From NCBI GenBank assembly GCA_024680795.1, contig JAILBR010000071.1, forward strand, positions 2,541 to 66,540: a stretch of 64,000 bases of DNA. The letters are read 5' to 3'. How positions within the stretch are numbered: position 1 is the stretch's first letter; each line of letters begins with the position of its first letter. The notes below the pieces were generated by a model that saw only the letters and a program-made list of their open reading frames with translations, had not been told where the DNA came from and ran no database searches. Both the position numbers and the translations under genes were made by a program. Source of the DNA: Bacilli bacterium (GTDB lineage Bacteria > Bacillota_I > Bacilli_A > RFN20 > CAG-826). Of this stretch, positions 16,741 to 24,911 are shown one piece after another.

Positions 16741-17814
16741 ATGGCAACTAAAAGAGGATTATGTCCATATTGTAAAATTAATAACATCCAACACAGTATC
16801 TTCTTGGTCAATCCAGAAGCATCCAGCGTGTTCTGTGGCACTAATATGCACCAAATTAATCCGATTGTGGCAATTAGAAACTATGAACACTACATGGAAA
16901 AGATGATCGCTAAAGCAGATAATACTTTAAACGTGGTTTGTAATCCTTATCTTGCTTATCAAGAATACGCTGATGTGATTGAGATCGACGATAGTTATAT
17001 CGAACCATATTTAGGTAGACTCCTTTGTTTGGTTTATATGTCCAAAGTTAGAAGTTCACATCTTATTGATGCCAAACTTCTTTTAGAAGTTGGAATTGAA
17101 AAGAACTTCACTAAGATTTCTGATGCGCAATTAGTCTTTTCTTTTTTAAGAAGAATCGTAAAGGTGACAGAAGAATATCTAACTGCAGTTAGAAAGAGAT
17201 TAACATTTAGACAGTTCTTCTATGATACAGATTGCTTAAAGTTATATTTAACTCATGTCGCGGAAGCAAAAGAGTTTGAAAATGTCATCTATGACGCCAC
17301 TAATGTGATTAAGAAGAAATATGAGAATGAAAAGATTAATACCTTCTTAAATTATTTAGCGGAAAAGATTTCTGAAAAAGAAATGTATTTAGGCGACTAT
17401 GAATTCATTACTGTAGCTGGTATCACATATAAATATGATAAGACCAATCTAGACTATTCAGTTGAAATCAAAAACTGTAAGAAAAAAACTATTGACGCCA
17501 AAACATCTAGATATCGTATGGCGTCTTTAAGCCCTGAAGCAAAGAATATGAGATTCATCAAAGATGAAGTATTTAAAGATTATACTTCAATGATTCGTGC
17601 TAAAAAGGCAGCGGTTGTATGGTTTATTCTTTTCTATATCGCATTTGCTGCTTGTGGAGCCTGTGCATATTTCTTTAAAGATAACTTCCATTTATTCATC
17701 ATCTTTGTAGCGGCTAGTGGATTATTATTTGTTCTTGGCACTGTGTTCCTATCGCTCAACATTTCGTGGAGCAGCCAAATTAATAAAAAGAAGCGCAAGT
17801 TAGAAGTTTACTAA
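16741..17814 (+). CDS. Hypothetical protein with an N-terminal CxxC element and two C-terminal TM helices
   Basis: MATKRGLCPYCKINN... with the C-terminal hydrophobic pair VVWFILFYIAFAACGACAYFF and LFIIFVAASGLLFVLGTVFLSL. ATG 16741 lies 6 nt after TATAAT (16729-16734). An alternative start is at 16723. Confidence 0.5.
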   Translation: MATKRGLCPYCKINNIQHSIFLVNPEASSVFCGTNMHQINPIVAIRNYEHYMEKMIAKADNTLNVVCNPYLAYQEYADVIEIDDSYIEPYLGRLLCLVYMSKVRSSHLIDAKLLLEVGIEKNFTKISDAQLVFSFLRRIVKVTEEYLTAVRKRLTFRQFFYDTDCLKLYLTHVAEAKEFENVIYDATNVIKKKYENEKINTFLNYLAEKISEKEMYLGDYEFITVAGITYKYDKTNLDYSVEIKNCKKKTIDAKTSRYRMASLSPEAKNMRFIKDEVFKDYTSMIRAKKAAVVWFILFYIAFAACGACAYFFKDNFHLFIIFVAASGLLFVLGTVFLSLNISWSSQINKKKRKLEVY

Positions 17815-18410
17815 TGCGCTAATCCATTTATTCTTAAGTATGTTAAGAGTTTCCTTAGGGCAACGCCTCGATGGGAGACTCTATTTTTTTCATCTTCACT
17901 CATGCTGGCGTAAGTTTTATTGAGCGAATCTTCGATAAATATTGGATCATATCCGAAGTCACTTTGGTCAGTAACTTTTTCAACTATATGACCAGGAATT
18001 ATGGCCTCAAATTTGAGAGGTTTTTCTTCCACATTTACGAGGACAATATCGCAAACGAAGCGGGCTCTGCGGGTTTTTCCATCAATTTCTTTAAAAATAT
18101 GTTCGAATGTTTGAGGATACCCACCAAAGCTAGAAGCGTATCTAGAGGAATATAATCCTGGAGCGTTATCAAGGGCTTCAATTTCAATGCCAGAGTCATC
18201 GGCAATGATTGGCATGGTGGTGATTTTTTGTAACGCTGTTGCTTTGATTAAAGCGTTTTCGAAATACGTTTTTCCATTTTCTTCAACTTCACCGATATCG
18301 ATATTTAAATCCTTCATGCCATAGACAGTAATATGGTAAGGAGAAAGTATTTTTCTAATCTCTTTTAATTTATGAGCGTTATTAGTCGCTACTAAAAGTT
18401 CAAAGTTCAT
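17811..18410 (-). CDS. rdgB: dITP/XTP pyrophosphatase (RdgB/HAM1)
   Basis: Motifs ATNNAHKLKEI, FGYDPIF and SHRGVA. Confidence 0.88.
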   Translation of the reverse strand: MNFELLVATNNAHKLKEIRKILSPYHITVYGMKDLNIDIGEVEENGKTYFENALIKATALQKITTMPIIADDSGIEIEALDNAPGLYSSRYASSFGGYPQTFEHIFKEIDGKTRRARFVCDIVLVNVEEKPLKFEAIIPGHIVEKVTDQSDFGYDPIFIEDSLNKTYASMSEDEKNRVSHRGVALRKLLTYLRINGLAH

Positions 18411-18625
18411 TATTTGTCTCCTCCTTTTTTCTTTCTAAAGTGATCGGCAAGAATAAGGACTATTTGTAATATTGCAGCGGCAATCGCGATACATCCAATC
18501 GCAAGGATATCATACTGTCCTTTACCAACTGGTCCAACACAAAAGAAAACAATGCTAAGGACACCCGCTATTATGCATAGAGGTGGAAGTAATATAGGGT
18601 AAAGTTTTCTAATCATTTCTTTCAT
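18410..18625 (-). CDS. Small two-TM membrane protein, translationally coupled to rdgB
   Basis: 71 aa with two hydrophobic helices and a KKKGGDK tail. Its stop overlaps the rdgB ATG (TAATG). Confidence 0.5.
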   Translation of the reverse strand: MKEMIRKLYPILLPPLCIIAGVLSIVFFCVGPVGKGQYDILAIGCIAIAAAILQIVLILADHFRKKKGGDK

Positions 18626-18680
18626 AAATCCTATTTATTATATATAAATATTCATTATAAAAATATAAAAAATATTAGAT

Positions 18681-18708
18681 AGAAAATAAAAACAGTGCAA
18701 GCACTGTT
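18681..18708 (-). terminator. Rho-independent terminator after tRNA-Gly
   Basis: AACAGTGC (18691-18698) pairs with GCACTGTT (18701-18708). On the minus strand it is followed by TTTATTTTCT. Confidence 0.6.
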
Positions 18709-18717
18709 ATTATCATA

Positions 18718-18791
18718 TGGAGCAGGCGACGAGAATCGAACTCGCATAGTCAGCTTGGAAGGCTGATGTTCTACCACTGAACTACGCCTGC
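18718..18791 (-). tRNA. tRNA-Gly (anticodon UCC), CCA encoded
   Basis: In the reverse complement: acceptor GCAGGCG/CGCCTGC, D-arm GTTC-AGTGGTA-GAAC, anticodon stem TCAGC/GCTGA with loop CTTCCAA, T-loop TTCGATT, then T-CCA. Confidence 0.9.
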
Positions 18792-18838
18792 ATTCAGCGA
18801 GAGTTATTTTATAACACTCGCCATTCTTATTCAATTAT

Positions 18839-19144
18839 TTATTTAACAAATTCGATGATTTGGTCTTTTCTCATAAAGCCAATTTGCTTTCTGAGCGATT
18901 TACCATTTTCAAAATAAATAAGAGTTGGAATGTTTTGAATTCCGAATAAGGAAGCGATTTCACCTGCTTCATCAACGTCGATTTTAACGATTTGAACTTC
19001 AAAAGAAGGATCTGCGTCAAGTTCTTCTAAGATAGGGCCTATCATTCTACATGGTCCGCACCAAGTAGCGAAGAAATCAACTAATACTCTTCCTTGAGCA
19101 ACTTCGTTTTTGAATTCATTTAAATCTTCAATATGCTTAATCAT
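18839..19144 (-). CDS. trxA: Thioredoxin
   Basis: WCGPC active site. The start is set at the ATG 8 nt after a GGAGG SD that lies inside the end of the upstream gene (MIKHIEDLNEF...). Confidence 0.9.
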   Translation of the reverse strand: MIKHIEDLNEFKNEVAQGRVLVDFFATWCGPCRMIGPILEELDADPSFEVQIVKIDVDEAGEIASLFGIQNIPTLIYFENGKSLRKQIGFMRKDQIIEFVK

Positions 19145-19145
19145 T

Positions 19146-20054
19146 TTATAAACCTCCATTTGCGATTATGAATATGAGAATGATTACCAATAAATGTAAA
19201 GGATAATATAGATATGATCCATATTGGAACCACTTTGCATTATAACCTCTTTTGCCGTTATAACACAAAATAAATGCTCCAGAAATCATCGCATATAATT
19301 GTGTTTCAACATCCCAGAACACTCCATTAGGCCAAAGATATTTGAAAGAATAATATAAGAAGCTAACTACAACAAGCGAAAAGACTTGAAGCAATTTGAT
19401 GAGAATTTGTAGATTGCCATTAGCGAGCCAAACAGATTTATCGATGCCATCATTTTCGCTTGCGTAATCGATATAGTAATTACAGAACTTATATGAAAAA
19501 TAAAACATTATAGCTAAAAGAATAGAAAACCAGTCATATTGTAGATATAACCAAGTTGGATACCATAAGACTATATCACCTGTCGCTGTTTCAAAACATT
19601 TAACAGAAAATGAGGCAACAGAAATAGCAAGTGGAAGCAGGATAAGAAACTTAACATATGGATTTTCTTGTTTTAAGAAGTAAACTGCAACGGCAGCAAG
19701 TAGTAAATCCAAGAATATATTGCCCGCTCCAGCAATGCTAGAAGTATCTATTCCAAAGTTACCATAAGCGATAATTAATAAGACAATACTGATTAAGGCC
19801 GCCATGATACCAAGACGCAAGAAATACTTTTTGATGTTCTTAGTATGGATAACACCTTCTACAATCATAAAGACAAATAGAGGTAAAGCTAGTCTTCCGA
19901 TGATACGAAAAACATTAGCGACTTCCGCTATACTCATGTCGTATGGATACATGACTTGAAGTAGCAATCCGACATGATCAAAGGTCATAGTCACAAGAGC
20001 GACTATTTTAATGATAAATGATGAAATAAAACCGGTTTTGATATTGATTTTCAT
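19146..20054 (-). CDS. TraX-family polytopic membrane protein
   Basis: N-terminal IIKIVALVTMTFDHVG motif typical of TraX-like proteins; about 9 hydrophobic segments. Confidence 0.55.
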   Translation of the reverse strand: MKINIKTGFISSFIIKIVALVTMTFDHVGLLLQVMYPYDMSIAEVANVFRIIGRLALPLFVFMIVEGVIHTKNIKKYFLRLGIMAALISIVLLIIAYGNFGIDTSSIAGAGNIFLDLLLAAVAVYFLKQENPYVKFLILLPLAISVASFSVKCFETATGDIVLWYPTWLYLQYDWFSILLAIMFYFSYKFCNYYIDYASENDGIDKSVWLANGNLQILIKLLQVFSLVVVSFLYYSFKYLWPNGVFWDVETQLYAMISGAFILCYNGKRGYNAKWFQYGSYLYYPLHLLVIILIFIIANGGL

Positions 20055-20815
20055 AATTTTGATGTGATTAAGAATGCGATAACTGCATATAGATTATTGA
20101 GAGAATGAGCGGTTAGCGATGCGCCAAATCCAAACTTATCATAGGCGACAGTTAATAAGACTGCACAGATTAAATAGTTTGGAAGATTGATAAGTTCACC
20201 GACGATATTCGCGCTTGCAAAGTTAAAGTGCATGAAGGTGAAAACCAATATTGAAAGTAGATAGCCTAACCACTTTAATTTCTTATTATTAAATATACCA
20301 AATAAACCCACGCGATATGTGAGCTCTTCGCAAACAGGACCAACAATTCCTAAAAAGATAACTGAACACACTGGATAAATGCCGATAAAGCTACGCAATC
20401 CTGCTTCGTTATCACTAACTTCTAAAGGGTAGAATTGTTGAACAAGTAGGTTATAAAGAATAGGAATAACAATTAAACCAATACCAAACGCTACTCCGAT
20501 TAATACATCTGTCCATCTTTTAAAATCTTCTTTAAACTTGATGATATCTTTGTTTAATATTCCAAGTAACGCCACAAGAAGAACGCCATAAGTTACAAAG
20601 TCAGTGATACCAGTTGCTTCTGGAGTATCTTGCATTCCATTTACAAAAAGAACAATTAAGGAGATGATAAGAGAGATAACAAAAAGGCCAGGTATGCCGG
20701 TTACAGCTAAGAAAATCTTCTTTAAAAGAGAGATGCTTTTGCTGTCTTTTGGGGTTATATCGATAACATTATTTTGATTATCGATATTGGTCTTTGTTTC
20801 TTCTTCTAGTAACAT
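20051..20815 (-). CDS. CPBP-family intramembrane glutamic endopeptidase (CAAX protease/Abi-like)
   Basis: Motifs EELTYRVGLFG (EExxxR), FTFMHF (FxxxH) and AHSLNN (HxxxN). It overlaps the TraX gene by 4 nt. Confidence 0.75.
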   Translation of the reverse strand: MLLEEETKTNIDNQNNVIDITPKDSKSISLLKKIFLAVTGIPGLFVISLIISLIVLFVNGMQDTPEATGITDFVTYGVLLVALLGILNKDIIKFKEDFKRWTDVLIGVAFGIGLIVIPILYNLLVQQFYPLEVSDNEAGLRSFIGIYPVCSVIFLGIVGPVCEELTYRVGLFGIFNNKKLKWLGYLLSILVFTFMHFNFASANIVGELINLPNYLICAVLLTVAYDKFGFGASLTAHSLNNLYAVIAFLITSKL

Positions 20816-20882
20816 TCGCTTTATTTTCCTTATGAAAAATAATACACTAATTATTAGTTAAATTGTACATTTAAACTCGTTT

Positions 20883-21272
20883 ATGAATGTTTTAACCATT
20901 AAAGAAGAAAAGATTGAACTTTTAGAAAACATGAAAAGTAAGTTTTATGCGATTGCTTTTCCATGTATTGATGTTGAGACATTTAAAACAAAACTAGAAA
21001 AGGTAAGAAAGGACAATCCTAAAGCCAAGCACTTTGTATATGCCTATCGTATTGGTGTAAATAGCAAATCTTGCGATGATAAGGAGCCAAAAGGTACAGG
21101 TGGAAGACCAATCCTAGAACTTCTTAATAAGAAAAATCTTTCTAACATCGCAATTATTGTTGTCCGATACTATGGAGGGGTACAGCTTGGTGCTGGAAGA
21201 TTATTAAGAACTTACCTCAATAGTGCAATTAACGTATTAAACAAATGCGAAATTATAGAAATGGAAGGATGA
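20883..21272 (+). CDS. IMPACT/YigZ-family protein (N-terminal UPF0029 domain only)
   Basis: HFVYAYR, DDKEPKGTGGRPIL and VVRYYGGVQLGAGRLLRTY match YigZ motifs. At 129 aa it lacks the usual C-terminal domain. Confidence 0.7.
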   Translation: MNVLTIKEEKIELLENMKSKFYAIAFPCIDVETFKTKLEKVRKDNPKAKHFVYAYRIGVNSKSCDDKEPKGTGGRPILELLNKKNLSNIAIIVVRYYGGVQLGAGRLLRTYLNSAINVLNKCEIIEMEG

Positions 21273-21276
21273 AATT

Positions 21277-22104
21277 ATGTCAGATTGTGATGGAAATTGT
21301 GAAAGCTGTGCTTCTGCAGAAAACTGTTCAAGTAAGGGAAACGGAATTCAAAAAGCAAAATTAAATGATCGTTCTCACATTAAAAGAGTGGTCGCGGTTC
21401 TTTCTGGTAAAGGTGGAGTAGGAAAATCTTTCGTTACTTCAGTTTTAGCAGCGAGATTAGCAAAAGAAGGATACAAAGTAGGTATTTTGGACGCCGATAT
21501 TACTGGTCCAAGTATCCCAAAAGCATTTGGTATTACTTCCAAAGCAATGGGAGAAGATGGGATTATTTATCCAATCGAATCTATCTTGGGTATAAAAATC
21601 ATGTCTGCTAACCTTTTGCTTGACGATGAAAGTGATCCAATTATTTGGAGAGGTGTCCTATTAGGAAACCTCGTCAAACAATTCTATGAAGACGTTTTAT
21701 GGGAAGAGTTAGACTACTTACTTATCGATATGCCACCAGGAACTGGTGATATCACTTTAACATCTTTCCAAATTTTGCCAATTGATGACTTGATTATTGT
21801 TACATCCCCTCAAGATTTAGTGTCTTTAGTGGTAACTAAGGCAATCAAGATGGCAAGAATGATGAATATTAACGTTTTGGGTGTTGTGGAAAACATGTCA
21901 TATGTCAAATGTCCAAAATGCGATGAACATATTGAAGTCTTTGGAATTTCCCATTTAGATGAATTTGCCCAAAAGCTTAATTTCAAGGTTTTAGGAAAGC
22001 TTCCAATTGACCCTCAAAACGTCAAACTCGTCGATGAAGGCCGCGTGGAATCGATTGATCTTCCAGAAATTGATTCTGTTCTTGATGCCTTGGAAGGAAG
22101 GTAA
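21277..22104 (+). CDS. mrp: Mrp/ApbC/NBP35-family Fe-S cluster carrier ATPase
   Basis: Deviant Walker A GKGGVGKS, a CPKC motif, and an N-terminal Cys cluster CDGNCESCASAENC. Confidence 0.85.
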   Translation: MSDCDGNCESCASAENCSSKGNGIQKAKLNDRSHIKRVVAVLSGKGGVGKSFVTSVLAARLAKEGYKVGILDADITGPSIPKAFGITSKAMGEDGIIYPIESILGIKIMSANLLLDDESDPIIWRGVLLGNLVKQFYEDVLWEELDYLLIDMPPGTGDITLTSFQILPIDDLIIVTSPQDLVSLVVTKAIKMARMMNINVLGVVENMSYVKCPKCDEHIEVFGISHLDEFAQKLNFKVLGKLPIDPQNVKLVDEGRVESIDLPEIDSVLDALEGR

Positions 22105-22106
22105 AA

Positions 22107-23378
22107 ATGGATGAATTTAATTTAAGAAGAGAAAGACTTTTTGACCTATTAAAAGATAATTCGGTAGCGATTATTTTTGCTGGCGTCTCTAAGATTTGTA
22201 GTGAAGACGAAGATTATCCTTTCTATGCAAATAGACATTTCTTTTACCTCACTGGTATCGAACAAGAAAACTCTGTTTTACTTTTAGTAAAGACACCAGG
22301 AGAAAGGCAATCCTATTTATTTGTCGATGATCATGATGAATTAAAAGAAAGATGGACAGGCAAAAGATTACCTTTTGATTTGGCTGGAGAAATTAGCCAA
22401 ATTGGTAACGTCTATTCCACAAATAACTTAGAGAGCGTTTTAGAAATGGCGCTTTCAAGTGAAAAAGCAGTTTATGGAAAGATTGAACACATCTATTTAG
22501 ACCTTTCTGATGAAATAAAGATTGGTAGAAAACGTTCTACAGAAACTTACAAAGCCGAATTATTAGAAAAATATCCTGAAATAGATGTCTTAGATATCTA
22601 TAAACTCATTACGTCATTAAGAATGATAAAGAGTGATTTAGAAGTCGCTAATATTGTTGAAGCAATAAACGCAACAAATACTGGCATTAATGACTTGCTA
22701 TTAAACATGCATATTGGAATGACTGAGCATGAATTAAGTGATAAATTTGAATATTTTGGAAAATGTCATAATCGTACCAAACTTGCTTTTGAAACCATCT
22801 GTGCTTCTGGAAAAGATGCAACAATTATGCATCATCCAATTTCTCAACAAACTAAATCTATCGAAGAAGGCGAATTGGTCTTATTCGATTTAGGCTATAA
22901 ATATCGTGGCTATTGTGCAGACATTTCTCGTACATATCCAGTCAATGGTATTTTTAGCGACTATCAAAGAAAAGTTTATGAAGCAGTTCTTAAATGCAAT
23001 AAAGCAGTTATCTCATTTATTAAACCTGGATTAACCTTAAAAGAACTTCAAGAATTCGCTAAGGAAACTCTTAAAAAGGAAACGGTGAGACTAGGTTTAT
23101 TAAGAGAAGAAGATGATATCGCTAAATACTATATTCATAGTGTTTCTCATCATTTAGGTATTGATACTCATGATGCTTCAGATCGTGAGCAACCTTTAAT
23201 GCCTGGGTGCGTTATCACTGTTGAACCAGGCCTATATTTTGTTGAAAAAGGTGTAGGAGTCAGAATTGAAGACGATGTTTTGGTCACAAAAGATGGATCA
23301 GAATGTTTATCTAAAGGTATAAAGAAAGAAATTGCGGATGTTGAAAAATTACTTAAATCAAAGAGGGGAGTAAGATGA
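22107..23378 (+). CDS. pepP: Xaa-Pro aminopeptidase (M24B)
   Basis: Pita-bread metal ligands: FDLGYKYRGYCADISRT, HSVSHHLGIDTHD, EPGLY and RIEDDV. Confidence 0.8.
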   Translation: MDEFNLRRERLFDLLKDNSVAIIFAGVSKICSEDEDYPFYANRHFFYLTGIEQENSVLLLVKTPGERQSYLFVDDHDELKERWTGKRLPFDLAGEISQIGNVYSTNNLESVLEMALSSEKAVYGKIEHIYLDLSDEIKIGRKRSTETYKAELLEKYPEIDVLDIYKLITSLRMIKSDLEVANIVEAINATNTGINDLLLNMHIGMTEHELSDKFEYFGKCHNRTKLAFETICASGKDATIMHHPISQQTKSIEEGELVLFDLGYKYRGYCADISRTYPVNGIFSDYQRKVYEAVLKCNKAVISFIKPGLTLKELQEFAKETLKKETVRLGLLREEDDIAKYYIHSVSHHLGIDTHDASDREQPLMPGCVITVEPGLYFVEKGVGVRIEDDVLVTKDGSECLSKGIKKEIADVEKLLKSKRGVR

Positions 23379-24850
23379 ACAAGTACGTATTAGCAATTGA
23401 TCAAGGTACAACTAGTACTAGAGCCGTTCTAATTGATAAAAATGGGGATTTAGTCAACATGACTCAAATAGAAGTGGAATGTACTTTTCCACATTCTGGT
23501 TGGGTTGAAACCGATGCATTAGCTATCTGGGTTAGCGTCATTAGCGTCATTAACGAATTAATGGTTAAAGAAAATATCACATGGAAAAATATTGATTCCA
23601 TTGGTGTTACTAATCAAAGAGAAACTACAGTCATTTGGGATAAGAATACAGGTATGCCAATCTGCCCTGCAATTGTCTGGCAATCTCGCCAATCAGCGGG
23701 GATATGTGACGAATTTGAAGATAAAAAGGACTTTATTCACGAGAGAACAGGCCTATTAATTAACCCTTATTTCTCTGCTAGTAAAATCAAATTTATTCTC
23801 GATAATGTTGAAGGCGCTAGAGAAAAAGCTAATAAGGGAGAACTCTTATTTGGAACAGTTGATTCCTGGATTATTTATCGTATGACTCAAGGCAAGGTGC
23901 ATGCTACTGATGTTAGTAATGCATCTAGAACTATGTTATTTAACATCAAAACTCTTAAGTGGGATGAAGAACTATGCAAAATGTTCGGAGTACCAATGAG
24001 TATGTTGCCAAAAGTAAGGCCATCTTCATATAAATATGGAGAAGCAAGTTTCTTTGCTAAAGGTGTTCAAATTTGTGGTGTAGCTGGAGACCAACAAGCC
24101 GCATTATTTGGTCAAACATGTTTCAACGTTGGTGAAAGTAAGAATACATATGGTACTGGTTGCTTTATGTTAATGAATATTGGTACTACTCCAACATTCT
24201 CTAAGTCTGGATTATTAACTACCATCGCTTGGCAGATTGGAAATAAAGTTGTTTATGCTTTAGAAGGATCTGTATTTATTGGTGGCGCAGTTATCCAATG
24301 GTTAAGAGATAAAATGCATTTAATTAATACAAGTGCAGAAAGTGAAGAAAAAGCCTACGCATGTCATGATACACACGGTGTATATATCGTTCCTGCTTTT
24401 ACTGGATTAGGAACTCCATATTGGGATGATGATGCAAGAGGCGCCATCTTTGGATTAACCCGTAATTCAAGCGATAATCATATCGTAAGAGCATCTTTAG
24501 AAGCGGTTGCTTATCAATGTAAAGATGTCTTCGAAGTGATGAAGAATGAAAGCCATTTTGAATTATCAAAACTTAAAGTTGATGGTGGTGCAACAGCGAA
24601 TAACTACTTAATGCAGTTCCAAAGTGATATCTTACAAACAGAAATTGAACTTCCAAAGTGCTTACAAACTACTGCATTAGGCGCTAGCTATTTAGCGGGT
24701 TTAGCGTCAGGATTCTTTGCAGATAGAAAACATATTGAATCTATTCATGGTTGTAAGAAAAACTATCACCCTCAAATGGATGTAAAAGAAGTTGAGGCTC
24801 GTTATAAAGGCTGGAAAAAGGCCGTCGAAGTCACAAGAATGTTCAAATAG
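23375..24850 (+). CDS. glpK: Glycerol kinase
   Basis: AIDQGTTSTRAV, GDQQAALFGQ and DGGATANN motifs. The start overlaps the pepP stop (ATGA). Confidence 0.93.
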   Translation: MNKYVLAIDQGTTSTRAVLIDKNGDLVNMTQIEVECTFPHSGWVETDALAIWVSVISVINELMVKENITWKNIDSIGVTNQRETTVIWDKNTGMPICPAIVWQSRQSAGICDEFEDKKDFIHERTGLLINPYFSASKIKFILDNVEGAREKANKGELLFGTVDSWIIYRMTQGKVHATDVSNASRTMLFNIKTLKWDEELCKMFGVPMSMLPKVRPSSYKYGEASFFAKGVQICGVAGDQQAALFGQTCFNVGESKNTYGTGCFMLMNIGTTPTFSKSGLLTTIAWQIGNKVVYALEGSVFIGGAVIQWLRDKMHLINTSAESEEKAYACHDTHGVYIVPAFTGLGTPYWDDDARGAIFGLTRNSSDNHIVRASLEAVAYQCKDVFEVMKNESHFELSKLKVDGGATANNYLMQFQSDILQTEIELPKCLQTTALGASYLAGLASGFFADRKHIESIHGCKKNYHPQMDVKEVEARYKGWKKAVEVTRMFK

Positions 24851-24876
24851 AATCTAACGTATATATGAAAATAAAT

Positions 24877-24910
24877 GTAAATAGTGATACTATCACTATT
24901 TACTTTTTTT
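24877..24910 (+). terminator. Strong rho-independent terminator after glpK
   Basis: A perfect 13-bp stem, GTAAATAGTGATA (24877-24889) with TATCACTATTTAC (24891-24903), followed by a T7 run (24904-24910). Confidence 0.75.
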
Positions 24911-24911
24911 A

